Shown here in pieces: positions 47,840 to 59,200 of a stretch of 64,000 bases of DNA (positions are counted from its first letter, which is position 1; each line of letters begins with the position of its first letter). Below the pieces are notes generated by a model. It did not search any database. It saw nothing but the letters and a program-made list of their open reading frames with translations, and was not told where the DNA came from. The stretch is taken from positions 933,800 to 997,799 of the forward strand of contig NW_003314331.1 of NCBI RefSeq assembly GCF_000143415.4. The letters run 5' to 3'. The position numbers and the translations under genes were made by a program. The stretch is from Selaginella moellendorffii. Its lineage: Eukaryota > Plantae > Lycopodiophyta.

Positions 47840-49018
47840 TCAAAGAGGACTTTCTGGTACAGTGACGATCTTGCAACCCATTTCCAGTTTCACCTTTGGT
47901 GTGATGTACTCTCCAGCCATGATATATTCGGACATGATCTCGTAAAAGTGCTCTGTGTAGTGAATGCCATCAAAAGTGAAATACTTGCTGGGATCCTTAC
48001 ACACCGTGTAAACAGCATTGGTCTGGTTCAGTGGAGCACACCCGCAAAGACCCTCACCATCACAGTTAAATTTGCCACCTCCACCGCAGCATGACTGGAG
48101 TGAGTTCGTGAAACCAAACTCCTTCATATTCTCCAAAACATAGGTGTTTGCTGCAAACCAATCGAAATAATAGACAGTGAGACCTTGGTATTTTTGCGTC
48201 AGCTCCTCCGTCAGCCTCTGGATGTTGGTGTTGAAGTAGGAGATAATCTGGGCAATCTCAACAATGCAACCATCCTTGTCATAGTGGAATGTACCAGCGG
48301 GGTACTGTTGGAAAGATTGGAGATAGTTTGGAGAGCAATCGGCACGGGGCATGTTGTAGAGCACAACATGACGAGCTCCGTGAGCATATAGCTTCTGAAT
48401 TCCATCGGCCAGGCCTTGGATCACGGCCGGGATGGTGACATTGATCACGTGGCCGCCTCCCAGTGGCAAACCAAAGTTGATATCGTCCCCTCCAATCTCG
48501 ACCGAGTAGAGTGCATTCTCGTACCATGGTTTGCTCGCCTGGCGACCATATCGACCCTCGACAAACTCCTGGTGGCGCACGAAGTCGTCAACCTGGGCGG
48601 ACAAGACATGTGGGCTCGAGTATGGCTGGTTCTCGACCTTAATCACCGTGGCTCCGGCGTATCCAAAGTTGAGGCTCTCGAACTCGGTGCCATTGTACTT
48701 GAGGCTGGGAGTTCCAAGGTTGTCGAGGCGGAGCTTCTGGAGCAGGAGGTCGGGGATGACGAGCCCGTCGCAGTAGCGTCCAGTGGGCTTCCCGTAGGTG
48801 ATCCCGTATGGGTACCTGCCCGATAGGGTCTTGCCGCCACCGGCTTCAATGTCGCGGTTGCCGCCATCGCTGAGAGAATCTGCAAAGGTGAAGACTGCGG
48901 TTGGACAGATCGACGAGCTCGACTTTGGCGTTGCTGGCGTTGCTCGTGCCTGAGAAAGCAGCACAATGTTAAGCAAAAGAGCAAAGATTGCAAGAACAGT
49001 TCCAGAACAAGAAGCCAT
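47840..49018 (-). CDS. Intronless secreted GDSL/SGNH esterase-lipase (copy 2)
   Basis: Protein identical to copy 1 except for a 3-aa TPA repeat deletion. Confidence 0.92.
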   Translation of the reverse strand: MASCSGTVLAIFALLLNIVLLSQARATPATPKSSSSICPTAVFTFADSLSDGGNRDIEAGGGKTLSGRYPYGITYGKPTGRYCDGLVIPDLLLQKLRLDNLGTPSLKYNGTEFESLNFGYAGATVIKVENQPYSSPHVLSAQVDDFVRHQEFVEGRYGRQASKPWYENALYSVEIGGDDINFGLPLGGGHVINVTIPAVIQGLADGIQKLYAHGARHVVLYNMPRADCSPNYLQSFQQYPAGTFHYDKDGCIVEIAQIISYFNTNIQRLTEELTQKYQGLTVYYFDWFAANTYVLENMKEFGFTNSLQSCCGGGGKFNCDGEGLCGCAPLNQTNAVYTVCKDPSKYFTFDGIHYTEHFYEIMSEYIMAGEYITPKVKLEMGCKIVTVPESPL

Positions 49019-49229
49019 CACAGCTGATGGATCTGTAGAAGTGTTGGAGGCCAAAGTTTATATAATGGATCCCAATCTCTTGAACAAGAGCTATCACATC
49101 TAAAACTAGTTCCATATCCATATTTTGAGTTACCAAAGAGATTGAAATATCTTCAGAGAGTTTGGTAAAAGGTTAATAAGCCAGTCAACCCTAAAGCAGA
49201 TGTCTAAATGTGGCAGCGCCGGGCGGAAT

Positions 49230-49860
49230 ATCTTCTCTAGGGATTTAATTCTCTTGGTGATCTTAGCCTAGTGAGGCCTTACTTGAGGCTGGAACCTTGC
49301 TTGATGGATCCTGACCTTTGCAGATTGCTAGGGACCTTCTGAGAATGTATGGATCGCTCCAGGAGGCTCGATTGGCTGGCGAGAGTCTTAAGAAGTTGGG
49401 CCAGAGAAATATGGTGGCTTGGAATGCGATGAACGACGCTTATGCCTAGTGTGGGCTATGCAAAGAAAGGCATTTGCGATTTACGAGAGGATGCTTACAA
49501 ATTCACGTACACAACGCTTCTCTCCTGCTATGACAATCTGGGCGACGTAGAAAAGATCCAGCGCACCACTGCATTTACGATGTGGAATCCAGAGATGGGG
49601 CTGTGGACTGCAATCCTCCAGGACCTAAGGATCATGACAACAAGGTTTCGAGCGAGCAGCTTTATGCTGCCTGCTCTCCTCCAGATCCTTTCTGTTGTAT
49701 GCCCAGTATGCGCCTCAGCCGCTCGTCGGGGTATCGTGGATGGTGGCCAATACATGTACACATGTAGGCCGGGAGAGTTCTTTCATCGTCTCGTGGACTG
49801 CCATGATCACGAATTACGTCAAGCACGGCCGGAGCGATGGAAAATGAGATGGCCTCCAAG
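49230..49860 (+). pseudogene. PPR relic (copy of 15950-16750)
   Basis: Colinear PPR fragments. Confidence 0.7.
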
Positions 49861-52215
49861 ATTGCGTGGTATAAAAAATTTTCTATTCAAATTCTTCCAC
49901 TTCCAATCGGCCTGCTCTTCTTGTGGGCTGGAAAATCTGGATATTTCTGATCTCCCTTTCTGATCTCCCTTGATCTATCGGTAGCTACTGCAAGATAGAT
50001 CCGTGCAGGCTAGATGCCCGATTCCTCGAATGCAATATCGCCATGTATCTTGCGGTCTAGCGTCCTTGCTATTCTGTTCATTGCCACCGATCCTTTCTGA
50101 TCGAGCCTTTTTCTTTCTGCATGGATGCGTTTTCTCTCGCTTTGAGCATAGGAAAAGGTGGCGAGATTTTCATTCGAAACTTCGCGCAGCTTGATCGAAT
50201 CATCAAAGACACAAGGCCATGCTTGGACTCCAGAGATTTAAGGTGTACTTGCGATGATCGAGAGAGGTTTTGTGGAGAACATATTTCTGAACGAGGAGGC
50301 TCGAGAAAGAAAATGGCAAAGATCAGGTTCTACAGAACAAAAAAGTGATCAATGCTCGATATGATTCACATTACCCCACAAGGTACATTTGTGTCATATA
50401 TCTTCTTTCTGGCTTTTTAACTTGGGTGTTTTTTGGTGTGAAGGTGGTGAACAAAACACATTTGTGGGGAGGAACTTACATTCTTCGAAAGGATCAAGCC
50501 AGGGGCTTTTGCAAGAAAGGTGGGAAACATTTTCGCAAATGTTCTTCCATCCATCCCAGCTCTTGGCGTATCCTTCCACTATTCTCAAGCTTGCAAACAT
50601 ATCAAGCTCTAAAACCACAAGCTCCAGTCGGCAATGATCATCATGGCCTCATATCTTTGTTTGAGGATAAGATCACTGAGATGTTTGTGTGTGAGAAGGA
50701 TTCATACCTGCAACTTTTGCGATGGAGCAAGAAATTTCTAATGTTTGTTTATTTTTCTAGATGTCGTGAACAAGCAAGGAGGACGAGCAAGCGATGACTG
50801 CCAGGCTGGAGGAGGAGCATAGAATCAGTTAGAACGCTCAAAGTTCGTGGGTGTGACCATAACCGGAGAAAGCATATCAGCTATTTTGTTGTACGCTTGT
50901 TTCTTCCAGTTGTATAAGAATTCAATCCAAGGGTCCCGTAGGAAGTGCCAACTTTGCTATGGCCTCGTCCAGCTTTATCGCAAAGTCTGAAGGACATCCA
51001 GAGCAAGCCAGAGTAAGACGTTTCCCGTGAGTGGCGATCCACCGAGCACCCTCTGAGAGAGCTTCGAGCCTGTCTGCCGGTACCATCTTCTGACACCATC
51101 CGTCGACTGACTTGGAGCTTAGGAGAAGTTGACAGCGTCTTGTTTAAGGTACTAACACGATCTCCCCTCCAGGAAGAAGGGAAGCGTCTCTTTCCCCGTC
51201 TAGAACCCGATTGGAAACGTTGAGAATTCCTTACCTTGGAAAAACTGGCAGATATCAAGGGATCATCACAGTTCGTCGTTTCTTCATCATAAATTTGATT
51301 TTATCATTTGGATATGTTTGCGTCTAGAGTTTCGCCAGAGGAGGAAAATTTGAGTTCAACTTATGAGTTGGATCCTCCCGGTTTGATCGTGGAGTCGAAA
51401 AGCTCGATGCGTCCATAGTGTTCCCGTTTGAGATTCACCGCTGCTTTGGGTGCTCGGTCTTTTGTTGCTTAAAGCTGCTCTATGCATCAATGCCGCTTGC
51501 GCTTCTTCTTCTTTATTGTCTCTTTCTCTTAGACCTCGTGATGCAAGTGCGAGGCCGGACCGAGCTCACAAGCTCAAAAGTCAATGCAGGGTCAATTATA
51601 GTCAATGCAAGGTCTTCAAAGACTGTGTCTTCATTTGCTCAAGCTCGCCCCAAGCTTTTCTCGAAAAACCGCAGACCCAGGTGGTATAATCAAATGCCGG
51701 AAATGAAGGCATTTCTTTGGACCGGAATGTAAACAGCATACCCGGACTCGAGAAGAAGACTATATCTGGCGATGCTCCACGGGTACAAAACACTCGGATC
51801 GATCCAGGCTCTCCAAGATGTAAACCATATGAGGGAGGAAACTCTCAATAAGAAGGTAAATTCCAATTTGCCACTCTACATGCTCATTTGGTTATCTTGT
51901 TAGTTATGCAGAACAAAGGTTGTAGCCTCTGCCGAGGATCTGGCTAAGCAGTATGGTACCAGAACGTGCCTAAAAGCTGTTTATGAGGTTAAGGGAGATT
52001 CCGAATACAAGTTAAATTTTGGTAAAGGTGGACTTGTGGCTGTGCTACTTTATGACAATAAAACAGCCCTAATAAAGGCCAAAATCATTCAATGGAAATG
52101 GATGCTATTCTCTAGTCAGCTCAACATCAAACAATAGCAAATAACAAACTTGATAGCCATGTAGAGGCTATGGATCCTACTCGAAAACATGGAAGAACAC
52201 ATTACAAACAAAGAT

Positions 52216-52524
52216 CTATCCCATCAGTGGCGGTGGCGCATAGTGTGGGTTCATGTTCGCGCCTGGACCGCCATAGTCGCTGATCTCTCTAAGGGGAGGG
52301 GGCGCGCCGTAGTGTGGGTTCCTGTTTGCCCCTGGGCCGTCATAGTCGCTGGTGTGGACCTCTCCAAGGAGCTTCCTGCCGTTGAGAGCCTGGAAGAAAA
52401 AAGAGCGAGACAGAGAGAGAAGAAGAAGAAGAAGAAGAAGAAAAGAACTGAAAGTTAACAACAGAAAATGTGAAACGTAGGAGAAGATTATCAACCTGGC
52501 CCTGTGAGGCCAGCAAGCTCGCAT
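52216..52524 (-). pseudogene. PSY-like precursor, copy 3; two domains but the signal-peptide exon is deleted
   Basis: Exons 52524-52496 and 52389-52216 encode ...GRKLLGEVHTSDYDGPGANRNPHYGAPPPLREISDYGGPGANMNPHYAPPPLMG*; upstream sequence joins directly to a PPR relic. Confidence 0.8.
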
Positions 52525-52584
52525 CTGCAAACCAACTCAAAACAGTAAGAAACGAGTTCTGAATGAGTTACATGAGTTCTGAAT

Positions 52585-53135
52585 GAGTTACAAGAAGTTT
52601 GGGCAGAGAGATCTGGTGGCTTGGACCGCGATGAACGACGCTTATGCCCAGTGCGGGCTATGCAAAGAGGCATTTGCGACTTACTAGAGGATGCCTTGAC
52701 AGATTTACGTACACTCCTGAGTATTCATGCTTGTCTCGTGAGGGATGGAATCAAATGGGACGTCGTCATTGGTCGCTGTGGAAATCCCAGGCAGTGTCAT
52801 GTTCGGCATAAGCACAGGCATGATCAACACAATCAGCATGGAGTTTCTGTGCTCTCAGGGACCATCTTGTCAATTAGTTGTTCTTTGGAAGTCAAGGGAG
52901 AATGAGGAGGTGTTTGCTCTATAGCTTCGACTTGGTGTTTTGGAACGCCATGGGTTGGGCTTGCCGAGACAGCCATGCCGTTCTAACTGCGTGTGCTACC
53001 AGTTGCCAGCATGCGCTGCTTCAAACGAACGAACTCCATGATCGAGCGGCCAGTTTGGATCCAGTTGTGGTACTCCAAGCCTCAGAGGCTCGGCCTTGGA
53101 TGGGCAAACGAGATGCAGTGGTGCAAAGCTCCTAA
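52585..53135 (+). pseudogene. PPR relic (copy of ~21995-22580)
   Basis: Near-identical sequence. Confidence 0.7.
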
Positions 53136-54699
53136 ACGTTAGTTTCTATCCTTGTGCACCTCGTAACGGGCAAAAATCCAGGGGATCTGTCTAGCATCCT
53201 TGCGATCAATTCGTTGCCATCGATCTTTCCTGATCGAGTGTTTTTCTGTCTGCAGAGATGCTGAATTTTACAAGGAAATAGGAAAAAATAAATAAATTTG
53301 AAACTTGCGCAGCTTGATCGAACCATCAAAGACACAAGGCCATGCTTGGATTCTAGAGATCCTCTTCAAGATGTACTTGCGATGATCGGGGAGAGAGGCT
53401 TTGTGGAGAATATATTTCTGGATGAGGCTCGAGAAAGAAATTGCCAAGGATAAGGTTCTACAGGAAAAAAAAAGCTGATCAATGCTCACATTTGTGTCAT
53501 ATCTCTTTTTTTTTGTGTTTTTACTTGCGTTTCAGAGAAGTGCAGGTATGAATCCTTCTCACACACAAACATCTCAGTGTGATATTATCCTCAAAGAAAG
53601 ATATGAGGCCGTGATAATCATGGGCAGATCGGCCGACTGCCTCATGAGAACACAACACGCTTGCGTTTTTCCTGGAGGGGAGATCGTGCACGTAAACATC
53701 ACAGAGCGAGGACCTAGCTCAACCCGAACAGAAACGTTAACTGTGGAAAACCGGCAGGAATCTTGTCGACCTTCGTATCAAAATTGTTGACCATGTGGCA
53801 TAGGGCGTCGTCCAAATATCCAGAATACCCAACCGAGGCAAATGCCTCATTGCAACACACGCATTTCTTCTCTGGTGCCAAATCCGGATATGGCCTCTTT
53901 CACAACACCAGCATCGGCAAAAACACCAAGCATTGTCGCCCAATTCGTCCAGTTTCGGGCTCATGCCTTTTCTTTCTGTGAGCAATTCTTTCCCCAGGAC
54001 ATTTCCGCACTTGTTGCGTTTGCCAACAGCCACGATAAAACTCAGTTCCTACACATTCCCGCAGGCATGTCAATGTTAGCAGCAGAATGGGTTTCTACGC
54101 GGAAGGAAGTGGATCCCTCCCGCGTAAAGCACATAAAGTCGGCGGTGGAAGCGAGGGTTTAGGTTGGATTGTAAGTTGTTGTTCTTAAACAGATATAAGA
54201 ATACGCGTACGCGTCAAAGCCTTTTTATGCAAAGAAAACGTAAACCATTAAAATTAACAAAAGGCTGTACTCCAATCTGCGACCTCGCCAATATATTTTA
54301 TTTACCACATCTCGTTTAGTTTTGTTTGAATGTATGTTGTGGCGCGCTGTTTCCTACGCGTTAGAAGCCCCACTGCCAATGCAAGACAGTGGCTTTCCAT
54401 GGATGATGGATGCCATGGACTCTTTGCTCGATCCGGATGCTTAAAGACTCGCAATCCTGCCTCGATCTGCCATGGCCTCCCACCACTGCTGCATCATCGC
54501 CTCCATAGCCATGGCGAATCTAGGAAATGATCCTTACCCAATTAGCTCCTTGCCAGAGGCGCCATTCTGGATTTCAATCCCCGAGCGATTGAGTTGGCGG
54601 AGAAAGAGATCCGGCCAACCCAGCCTCGACCTCCCAGGGTCAGGGATGAGCAATCGAGAGCTTGAGGCTTCCATCTTCTACGATGCATGATAGTTAGTC

Positions 54700-55000
54700 G
54701 CATGGAAAGTAAGAAAAGCACAGATCTCTGGGCGAGGGCAAGCGCATTGACGAGAAAATCGTCTCCTGCGGTCTCGATCGTCATAGCTTCCTCACGAACC
54801 TCGTCATGGAAATGTATGGAAAGTACTGGCGCGGGAGATACGTCTTGGGAATCTTCCACAAGACGGAAGATGGAGATGTTTTCTTTGCGGCATTTGCCCA
54901 AAACGGGTAAGTTCTGGCGTTCTCCCGGCAAATGCCTCTCGATCTAATTCCGTCACATTCTTGCAGCTACTCCCGATGCAAGCTCTCGTCTTCCAGGAGA
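54700..55000 (+). pseudogene. PPR N-terminal relic, absent from copy A
   Basis: GKRIDEKIVSCGLDRHSFLTNLVMEMYGK...AAFAQNG. Confidence 0.55.
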
Positions 55001-55354
55001 TTGAATTCAAGGACGCCAGCTCCTCGAAGGGATCAAGCCCAACCACATCTCCTTTTTCACGGACGAGCTAAGACTTATCAAAACTGTTCATAAACCGATT
55101 AAACAAAACTTTAAGTTGGGTCTCTGTGCCACCAAATTCCTTTAGATAGCCGGCTAACAGGTTATGGGAGATTAGGTCACGAACGCCTATGATGCTGATC
55201 TACCAGCATCAACCATTCTCTCGTGAGCAGCTGAACTATCAAAACGGAAGGTTGACCCTGGATTGGGAGCTTTTCGAGCCCACAAGTATGCTGGCTGCAT
55301 TGTAGTGAAGTTCGTTTCAATTTCTGAAAACCATTGGACTTCACAAACTTCTAA

Positions 55355-55427
55355 TGCGGTGAGCGTGGATGGAACACGCGGCCTTAAGATCTTCAGTCTG
55401 ACGCTCTCCCAACTGGGCTATCCCCGC
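55355..55427 (-). pseudogene. Full-length mutated tRNA-Phe(GAA) copy
   Basis: 73 nt; shares the TTCCATC T-loop and stem mismatches with the 24076 copy. Confidence 0.85.
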
Positions 55428-55734
55428 GTGATAATAATTACCAGCAATATTATCTGGCACATATCACATTACAAGTGTCATGAAATTATTGAGCGCTCAA
55501 GAGGAGTGAGATCGTAGAAATGCCACTATAGCTGATATGCTGGCTCAAAACTCACAAGGATCACAGCAAGATTCTTCCAGCGATCGGCTTTTTTGCTGAA
55601 ACATGGATGCCTCCCGGGCAATCTATTGTCTAGCAGTGACTCAACAGCAAACAACAGAAAACAACAAACGTGATAGCCGTGTAGAGGGTATAGCTCCTAC
55701 ACGAAAACATGGAAGAACACACAGAAACAAAGAT

Positions 55735-56173
55735 CTATCCCATCAGCGGCGGGGGCGCGTAGTGTCGGTTCATGTTCGCGCCTGGACCGCCATAGTCGCT
55801 GATCTCTCCAAGGGGCGGGGGCGCGCCGTAGTGTGGGTTCCTGTTTGCCCCTGGAGCGTCATAGTCGCTGGTATGGACCTCTCCAAGGAGCTTCCTGCCT
55901 TTGAGAGCCTGGAAGAAAGAGAGAGAACTTCTTATAACATGAAAGGAAAAGGAAACGTAGAAGAAGATTTCTCAACCTGGCCCTGTGCAGCCGGCAAGCT
56001 TGCATCTGCAAATCCAATTCAAAACAGTGAGAAACGAGATTGTGGAGGAAGGTAACAGAGAAATGAGATCTATATGTGCTCCCTCTACCTTTGTTTCCGC
56101 TAGTAGCAAAAGCGGCAGTGATGAGCAGGCATGAGAGCAGGGCTGCGAGCACAAGCTTGCGAGAAGGAGCCAT
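55735..56173 (-). CDS. PSY-like precursor, copy 4, two peptide domains (95 aa); exons 56173-56089, 56005-55977, 55908-55735
   Basis: ...SGNKDASLPAAQGQALKGRKLLGEVHTSDYDAPGANRNPHYGAPPPLGEISDYGGPGANMNRHYAPPPLMG*. Confidence 0.85.
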
Positions 56174-56529
56174 TTCTATACTAAGAGAGCCTATAGATCC
56201 AAACCAGGAGAGAAAGAATGAGAAAAACAAAGGCCAAGCTCCCGTAGATAAAGGCTGAGGAGTACAGACTCACACAAAAGCTGGCACAGACGTCGAAGGA
56301 ATGCAAGTGTTGTCGGCCAAGAGTTAACGTCGATAACCATGGTTCTATTAGTGCATTGGAACAATCAAAATTGCCCCTCATCTCCAACAATATGAGTGTA
56401 TGGAATATAGAAATTAAATACCAAAATGTGCATATTAATTAGCCCAAAAACCCAGTTTTTCTATGTTAATGGGAATTAACATATTTTATCAGGAGAGAGA
56501 GATCTCGACTAATATATAGCGATCATTAG

Positions 56530-58283
56530 ATGTTGGAAGCATCGAGCAACATCGTGGGATCGCAGCAATCCTTCTTTGCGACGCTCCTGAGCCAGTCTGG
56601 AGGCTCTGGCGATCTCGATCAAACCCGGAAGATCCACTCCCGGATACTGGACAGTGGCTACTCCAAAGACAAGTTTCTCCTCAATCTCATCATCCAGGCT
56701 TACGGAAAATGCGGCAGTGTCAGAGATGCGCGCCGTGTCTTCTCCGCGATCGATCACCCCAATCTCTTCTCATGGAACATCATGATCCAAGCATATGCCC
56801 GAAACGGGCATCTAGATGAGGCGCGTAACCTCTTTGATCGATCTCATTCCCCCGATCCAGTCGCATGGAATGAAATGATCACTGCCTATGCTCAGCTTGG
56901 CGAGAGATGGAGGAAGCCAAACGATTGTTTGATCGAGTGCCAGAAAAGAGTGAAATCACCTGGACCGGGATGATAACAGCATATGCCAGAAACGGGCATC
57001 TGAACGAAGCCAGGGCGGTGTTTGACGCAATGCCGATCGAGAAGAAAAGCATAGCTTCGTGGACGGCAATGCTCCAGGGCTACACCCAAAACTCCCGGAT
57101 CGATCAGGCCCTCGATTTCTTTCAGACGTTCCCGGCCCACAACGTGGTGTCCATCACCGCCATGGTGTCGGCGCTCGCGAGCCACGGCCGTGGCGACGAG
57201 GCCGAGATGCTGTTCTTATCCATGCCCGCGAGAAATTTGCTCTCCTGGACTGTGATGATCCAGGCCTACTCCAAGCAGCAGCGCATCGATCGCGTCCGCG
57301 AGCTCTTTAAGTCGATGCCCGAGAGGGATCTCATAAGCTCCACGGCGGCGCTCCAGGCATTCTCCCGCGGTGGCGATCTCGACTCTGCCAAGCGCGTGTT
57401 TGATTCCATGCCCGAGCACAACACCATGTCGTGGGGATCAATGGTGGTGGCGCTCGCGGAGCGGCGGCGGCTCGAGGAGGCGGCGCTGCTCCTGGAAGCT
57501 ATGCCTGGCGAGAAGAGCGTGGTGGGGGCAACAGCGCTATTCCAGGCGTATGCCCGGGATGGGCATCTATGCGAGGCTGAGATGATCTTCCGCGAGATGG
57601 GTGATCGCGACACCATCGCCCATAATGCGATGCTCCAGGTCTACGCGCAGCACGGCCAGATGGGCGACGCCATTGCGGAGTTTCAATCCATGGCGTGGCG
57701 AAGCTCCTCGTCATGGAACGCGATGCTCTCGGCGTATGCCCAGCACGGGCATGTGGATCACGCGGCGGGTTTCTTCGCGGCTATGCCAATCAGGAGCTCT
57801 CCCGTGGCGTGGAACGCCATGATCGCGGCGTATAGACGCAACGGCAAGGACGAACGGGCGATTTCCTCCTTCTGGGCGATGATCCTCGAGGGGATCCCGT
57901 GCGATGCGTCGACCATCGCGAGCGTTCTTGGGAGCTGCAGTCACGCGGGGAGATTTGCCGAGGCGTGGAACTTGTTCCTGGCAATGAAGAAGGACTTTGG
58001 CGTGGATCCATCACACGAGCACTACTCGTGTGTGGCGGACGTTCTCGGGAGATCTGGACTGGTGAGAGACGCCGAGGAGCTCATCAAGACAATGCCATTC
58101 GTTCCAGATGAGCGTGGCTGCGGTGGATTGCTCAATGCTTGTAGAGTTCATAGGGATTTGGAGAGAGGAGCAAAGGTGGCGATGAATGAGTTTAAAAGTG
58201 AGAGGAGCGAGCCTGTAAGTTACATGCTTCTTGCAAACTTGGTTACTGCTAAGATACCAAGTTTGGCTTCTGATTCAAAATAG
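56530..58283 (+). pseudogene. PLS-E PPR gene copy with a 2-nt frameshift at ~56903
   Basis: CTTGGCGAGAGATGG vs CTTGGGGAGATGG in the 25149 copy; splits into 147-aa and 458-aa ORFs. Confidence 0.88.
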
Positions 58284-58296
58284 CTCTTTGTTTCGT

Positions 58297-59200
58297 TTAG
58301 CTTCTGCAAGAGACTAGAACGCAACTCCAGCGATTGCCATCGTCGTGCCTACAGCAGTTTGTCTTGTAATTCGACTTCCTAGGTAGAGACAGACAAAGAA
58401 ACTCACTTGTATCATCAATCTGATCACTGGAAAGCTTTCCAAAACAAGTATAAAAAATACGATGACTACGACTCGCTTTAGTACATTTCCTACTTCGTGT
58501 GACAAAGGTGCTACTCGTTCCAGAGTGTTGTTGCCAACCTGTTAGAAGATAAAAGAATCCCAACGAGAAAGCACAAATCTGATCAGACAGATGATAGAAA
58601 ACTCTGACCACAACTAGATCTGCTACGAACTTTCGAATGCAACTGGGGAAGCAAGCCCGTGCTTGACAAGGCTTGGACCTTCTATCCGTGGATAAAAAGC
58701 ATTGATCCACTAAAAGCTTGTGGATTAAATGAATGCTACTTGGTAGTATGCACATGTAGAGCGATCAAAGATATGTAAACGTAGAAGATTAGTGCTGTGT
58801 TTCCTGGACAGAAAAAAAAAAACAAAGAGCTTCATCAGATATGAATATGTTAAAAAATACCATAGCCTCCTTGGAAACAGTGTTTCAGGGCATTAGATGT
58901 CATGGCACGTGAGAATTGAAACCTCTGTATGCGATGCAATGCTAGAGCAACACCTGAAAGACCAAGCTTGAGAACACAAGAGATTTACAACTTTAGAGCA
59001 TATGTTTACCAGCAACTACAGGTATCAAGCTAAGCCAGAGGGCAAAAGGAACTGATTGTCCTAGAAGAAACTATGATGTAGATTGCTCCAGCGCTGCCAA
59101 AAACTTGAAAATCCTATCAATCTTCACGAACTAAAAGCAAAACCACAAAACCTTTGACCGTATGTCAAGGAAACAGCGACAGTGGAAGAGATGGTCATGA
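58297..59200 (-). pseudogene. Triose-phosphate/phosphate translocator family relic (less deleted copy)
   Basis: [39 protein letters not shown]. Confidence 0.75.
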
